From Pecten maximus (Eukaryota), in NCBI RefSeq assembly GCF_902652985.1, contig NC_047017.1:25234001-25298000 (forward strand): a stretch of DNA of 64,000 nt, given 5' to 3'. Below are positions 57,965 through 64,000 of this stretch, one piece after another. Both the position numbers and the translations under genes were made by a program. Below the pieces are notes generated by a model that saw only the letters and a program-made list of their open reading frames with translations, ran no database searches and was not told where the DNA came from. Positions within the stretch are counted from its first letter, which is position 1; each line of letters begins with the position of its first letter.

Positions 57965-60900
57965 ATGGCAACGGGACATGTTGCAAGACACATCATCCTC
58001 ACAGGTCCTCCAGGTACAGTAGTAGTTTAGATGTGTCCTCTGGCCAGACACATCAACACACGTCCTCAGGTTAAACTCCACACAGACCCTCAGATGTAAT
58101 ACCTACATTCTCCAGTTCGGAATGAAAAACAAGACAACTTTAACACATCTTCACATTTCCCTTAGTTAATAAGACACATACCCCACATGCATATGTAGTT
58201 GTCATTGTAAATACATTGTGTAGACACATCCTCCTCACAAGTATCCAGATTAAGTAAACCCCATGCTCCTCACAAGTATTTAGGTAAAGTAGACACATCC
58301 TCCTCTAAGTATCAAGATTAAGTAAACACATGCTCCTCACAAGTATCTAGATAAAGTATAGACACATCCTGCTTACAGGTATCTAAGTAAATGAGATGAT
58401 CCTTCACACATGTATCAAGATAAAGTAAACACATGCATCCTCATCATATGTTTCCAAATAAAGTAGACACACCCTCCTAACAAATATCCAGATAAAATAG
58501 ACACAACCCCCTCACATGTATCCAGGTAAAGTAGACACATCCTCCTCACAAGTATCCAGGTAACATAGACACATCCTCCTTACAAGTATATATCCAGGTA
58601 ACATAGACACATCCTCCTCACAAGTATCCAGGTAAAGTAGACACATCCTCCTCACAAGTATCCAGGTAAAATAGACACATCCTTCTCATAAGTATCCAGG
58701 TAAAATAGACACATCCTTCTCATAAGTATCCAGGTAAAATAGACATATCCTTCTCACAAGTATCCAGGTAAAATAGAAATATCCTTCTCACAAGTATCCA
58801 GGTAAAATAGACATATCCTCCTCACAAGTATCCAGGTAAAATAGACACATCCTCCTCACAAGTATTCAGGTAAAGTAGACACATCCTTCTCACAAGTATC
58901 CAGGTAAAATAGACATATCCTTCTCATAAGTATCCAGGTAAAATAGACACATCCTCCTCACAAGTATTCAGGTAAAGTAGACACATCCTTCTCACAAGTA
59001 TCCAGGTAAAATAGACACATCCTTCTCATAAGTATCCAGGTAAAATAGACATATCCTCCTCACAAGTATTCAGATAAAGTAGACACATCCTCTTCACAAG
59101 TATTCAGATAAAGTAGATGATCATTCACACAGGTATCCAGGTAAAGTAGATTATCATTCACACAGGTATCCAGGTAAATATTCACACATTTTCACATGTG
59201 TGTAGGTAAATAGACACATCCTCATTTCTTTCTTTACCAGAGACATACCATTAACAAAAGAAAACCCCTGAAAAACATGTAGCCGATTAGACGATATCAT
59301 AAATACATGTACATATAATAATTTGAAAATGACCATCAGACGAATTAACTTGTACATTGTAATTACAACATACATTCATATGTACCTTTGACTCATATTA
59401 GAAAAGATCACTTCACTATTATTCATGCTGAAACATCTTTAAAAGTAAATGTTATTTAATGTACAGTGTATTATTATTTTAACATTTTCCAGGTTTTTAC
59501 CAAAACTTTGAGGCAAAGTGGGTGTATTTTTACTCAGAGTTTATAAATACACAATAATTTTATCATTGAATATGATTTTCAAGGAATCAATAAATGCTAT
59601 GCTTTCCTGAGCTACTTTAAAATAGTAAGCTTTACAGACTTTTGAATAGTAACTGTAACATGAAGACAAGTATATAACCTTAACTGGAGGAATCAAACCT
59701 GTGACCTCCAGCTTGCCAGTCCACCACTCTACCAGGCAAACTTAAGGGAAATTCATCTAGCCTGAGACGAGACACAGTCACTGTATCATTATCTCTATTA
59801 TAATAAACTTGTCATGGAATATTATTGCTAAATGATTTTTTTTTTCCACAGGAATAGGAAAAACAACATTGATACACAAAGTCTGTGATCAGCTGGCAAA
59901 ATCTGGTGTGCAGTGTAAAGGGTTTTATACAGAGGAAAGACGAGAAGGTCGGCAAAGAGTTGGATTTGATGTCGTCACATTGTCGGGGGAGAGAGCACCA
60001 TTAGCTTCAATTAACACCAGGTGATAAACCCAGGGGTTGCAGTGTACCACATACCTCAATTTGTATGGTTGATTTTTTATCAATATGCATTTATCATCAT
60101 GATTTTTGGGCAGTAGATGTAGCTGAGATGAGAAGCTATGAAATGTGTACCTTAGCCCACTAACAAGATCTGTAGCATAAAATTAAACACAAATGTCCAT
60201 GGTAGACAATGGGATTAGGTATTTGTTCAGGAGCATGCTTAGATGAAAGGTGGTTCCATGTACGGTGTCACAGATGTTGAATATGTAAAAAAAAAAACGC
60301 ATTAAGATTTATTTGATGATAAATGAAAATTGCCTTCATTCAGATGGTTCTATAATCTGTTCAATACAACTGATGACGTCCCTGACCATGATGGTAGGGG
60401 TATTAAAGACACTGTAAGCTCCAATTTTTAGGTTAATTTTTCATGTATTTTCTGGTTTTCAAGCTACATGTATACACCACTGAGCTATAATGTTTTGATG
60501 TTTACTCCACAGTGATGTCCCTCCTGGTAGACAGTATACAGTGGGGAAGTATGTGGTCCAGTTACAGTCCTTTGAGAGAGCAGCACTGCCCACACTGAGG
60601 AAACAGGTAGGAATGCTTCTCCAAAAACTTGTCTCTGCTGTTCTTCTTTCTTCTGTACATCATGTACACATTATTTATGATGTTTATCTTTACTAGATTG
60701 TGGTGATCCACCATTATGTTATGATTTATTTGGTGGTTTGCATTGGTCATAACACCAGTAGTAGCCAAACAGTAATCAAAATAGCAAGTTGTGTGTTTAT
60801 GAGGTCAACATTGCATAAGATATTAAAGAAGGTCACAGTGACCTATTTTTCGTAGTAAAGTGACAATCACAGTTCTCAGGCCTTTGTACTGATTATAGTC

Positions 60901-63119
60901 CACAAAATCTAGTTTTTGTTTACAAGATAACTTTGAACATTCTGTTGGAAACCCTCACTGACTTGTATTTTGTGATATTGTGCTGTCTAGAGGTTAACAT
61001 TATGTAAAGAAGTTGATCAAGGTTAGCCTTTTTAATGATTTAGTGAATTAAAATTATCCGGTTTATTTTTGCCTCTATATTTGCATTATTTATATTTAAA
61101 ATATATGCATTAAAACCTGCTTAGTGTCCATCTGAATTAAGCAACTCCCTCTCATTCATTGTATGTGACCATATTTTTATTGCCAGGTCCCTTGGAAGGT
61201 TAAATAAAACAGGTTTGTCATCCTCTTTGTTTTGTTTTGAGGCCAACAATTTATGGATTATTATCCATAAAAACAGCGACTAGTTTTTTTGTTTTTTTTT
61301 TGTTTTTTTTTACCCAGTTATGTACATTCTTCTGATATACAGATATTAATGTCTTATATTTTAGGAAAGTCAACACAACATTATTGTGATAGATGAGATC
61401 GGGAAGATGGAACTATTTAGCCAGACATTTGTGAGGGTTGTTCGGGATTTACTGGGCTCAGAAAATACCACAGTGATCGCTACCATCCCTGTAGCCAAGG
61501 GTAGACCTATACCTCTAGTAGAGGAAGTCCGGCAACGGTCAGATGTTGTCCTATTTACTGTGAGTATAATATACATGTCTATATTGTGTGGTAAACACAG
61601 ACACTCCAATGCTTAGAAGGCAAAACACTTTACCCTGATTGCTCTGGATGGTATGTGACAGGTCTCCCCTATGTTGTTCAGCAAGTTTGCCACCAACTAC
61701 TAAAAGGAGACAAAAACAAATTAAAAAAAAATATTTTGGCTCTGTCCCAAGTTTATCCTTTATTTAGTAAAAGACTTTTCAGGATTTGGTTTACGGGTAG
61801 GATTTTCTTTTATTTAGATTTCAGTCATAATAATAATAATGCGAAATTTGAGTCTGAAAAAAAAGTTATAGCAAGAAGTATGGTGCTTGTGATCAATTTC
61901 CTTGATTAAATTGGTACATAATTATAACTGTAAGTCACTTTATTTACACTTTAGATCAATTGATATATATGTACATTTACATAAACAACGTGTAAAGATA
62001 TAATCAATGCATGCACCGTTGTCTATCTAAGTAAACAAAAATGTTTACCTGGTAAATGGTAATCTATAAAAGCATATTGATAGTTTAATACACTCATACA
62101 CACTTGTACACACATAAAATTACTCAAAATTACACAAGATCTTATAAACTTACCCATGTCCACAGAAACTTACACACATACATCAGTTTACACACATACA
62201 CATCAATTTATACATTAACACATCAATTTACACAAATACACATACTTTCATACATACACATCAACTAACACACACCATTTTAAACATGTAAACATCATTT
62301 TACACATGCACATCAATTTACACACATACACATCAATTTACACATACAAATCAATTAACACACATACACAGCAATTTACACACATACACACCAATTTACA
62401 CACATACACATCAATTTACACAAATACACATCAATTTACACATACAAATCAATTAACACACATACACAGCAATTTACACACATACACACCAATTTACACA
62501 CATACACATCAATTTACACAAATACACATCAATTTACACATACAAATCAATTAACACACATACACACCAATTAACACACATACTCATCAATTTATACATA
62601 CACATTATTTTACACACATACTCATAAGTTTACACATACATATCAACTCACACATACACATCAATTTATACAAATACACATCAATTTACATTATGAAAAT
62701 GAAATTGCGTACGAAATGAAAACTCATTAAGATCCTATAGAAATGTGCACACAAACTTACAGACTCACATAGATTTGCATACATACTCATACATTTGTAT
62801 ATGTACTGATAGACATACACATGTACACATATATGTATAAATAGTTCATGGTATTGACATCGTAAGCATCTTCTTGCTTCTTCATATACACATAAACTTA
62901 TGCTTTAACATATAGTCTTACACATTTACTCATGAAAGGGCACATTTACACATGGACATACCCAGTGACATATGGGAACATAACCATACATATACCCAAA
63001 TAGCACATACATTTACACCTGTACTTTAATGTTTACAGGTATCCCAGTCCAACAGAGATGTGATAATGAGAGATATTATAACAGCAGTAATGAACTCAAT
63101 AAAATGTCATGGAAGTTAA
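57965..63119 (+). CDS. NTPCR: Cancer-related nucleoside-triphosphatase homolog (NTPase_1/THEP1 family), 195 aa
   Basis: Exons (+): 57965-58013, 59852-60020, 60513-60606, 61365-61559, 63039-63119. Walker A GPPG|IGKT is split by intron 1. Also GFYTEERREGRQRVGFDVV, VGKYVV and Walker B IIVIDEIGKMELFS. All GT-AG, frame open. AATAAA at 63565-63570. Confidence 0.95.
58220..59222 (+). repeat. 34-bp minisatellite (about 29 copies) in NTPCR intron 1
   Basis: Unit GTAGACACATCCTCCTCACAAGTATCCAGGTAAA, homogeneous in the centre and degenerate at the edges. Confidence 0.95.
62160..62690 (+). repeat. CA-rich 18-20-bp minisatellite in NTPCR intron 4
   Basis: Unit CACATACACATCAATTTACA repeated about 25 times with variants. 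Confidence 0.95.
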
Positions 63120-64000
63120 TCATGTCGTTTTTGTTCTCTTTACAGTCATTGTCAGACTTGGTACAGAAAAGTATCAAAATCTGACACGAAATGTTGTATG
63201 CTCGTCCTGATGTCATTGGGAATAATTGTGTTATGAAGTCCAATGTCTTCAATGCTCTTGTTTCATTGTCACTGCCCCATTTTTCATTTTGAGAACGTGA
63301 AATTACTATGATTTAACCTTGATTTGATATACTATTCTTACTCTCCTTGTAATTAATCTAGGGTCACAGTAAAAAAATACTTTGTTCTTTTTAACCTTTT
63401 TAGATATTGTATAATTACTGATTTGCTTACACATTGGTGCTCCCTTGTATCTTAATGATGTATATCAGTCTTAAAGATGACCTATTATTTTTCTGACTGA
63501 TTTAATAGTCTATAACAAATTGTCTTTTTAATATGAAATAATGTAAAACGTACTGAAATATAAAAATAAAACCTTCACAGTTCACAATAATATATAGCAA
63601 ATGATAACTGGGGGGGGGGGGGGGGGGGGGAGGCAGTACATTGTTTCAAATCCTTGGTTTGACATATTACTATCTACAGTACAGCTAGCATGTCATGTTT
63701 CATTAGTCACTGTCCTCCTCCTCCCCCTCTCCTCTTTCCCTCTCTGCCCCTACCACCACTTTTCCAGCTCTACTGGATAATGAATGTGTTACACCACACA
63801 TGCACATGCTTTGCATGTATATCTTGCTAGTGGACTCTTTACAATGAAGATCAAAATCGATATACAATGTACTGCCTCACTGCAACTCTTCAAATCTCCT
63901 TTCTTTCCCATAGGGACATTGCAGGGATTCCTAATTCATGGTCTGCAAATGTATGTATTTATATATATCTGCATCAGATACATGTAATGCATGTATATAT

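Noticed and set aside
58220-59222. CRISPR-like appearance of the 34-bp repeat array
   Set aside because: Units are contiguous with no unique spacers, there are no cas genes, and the context is a eukaryotic intron.
62306-62554. His/Thr-rich 82-aa ORF
   Set aside because: Simply the translation of the CA-rich minisatellite.

Overview
AT-rich, intron-containing eukaryotic DNA, most likely from a bivalve mollusc (inferred from gene content and repeat types). Five protein-coding genes can be spliced together by hand with canonical GT-AG boundaries and consistent phases. Three are a tandem minus-strand cluster of divergent, non-alpha nicotinic acetylcholine receptor-like Cys-loop channel subunits (about 6.4-10.1 kb, 14.9-19.9 kb and 39.1-46.0 kb), each with the same 6-coding-exon layout. 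The other two are a head-to-head pair, LRRC57 (-) and NTPCR (+), whose start codons are 280 bp apart. The rest holds decayed LINEs, a defective mariner, tRNA-derived SINE-like repeats, Helitron/HINE-like elements, mini-MITEs, mini- and microsatellites and a 200-N gap. Most notable: (1) intronic tandem repeats that are amplified copies of the adjacent exon end plus splice donor, seen independently in NTPCR intron 1 and in nAChR-like gene 2; (2) the channels keep a cation-type pore but have lost most of the canonical acetylcholine-binding residues, so they are candidate receptors for other ligands; (3) a same-strand array of motif-plus-hairpin modules between channel genes 2 and 3.
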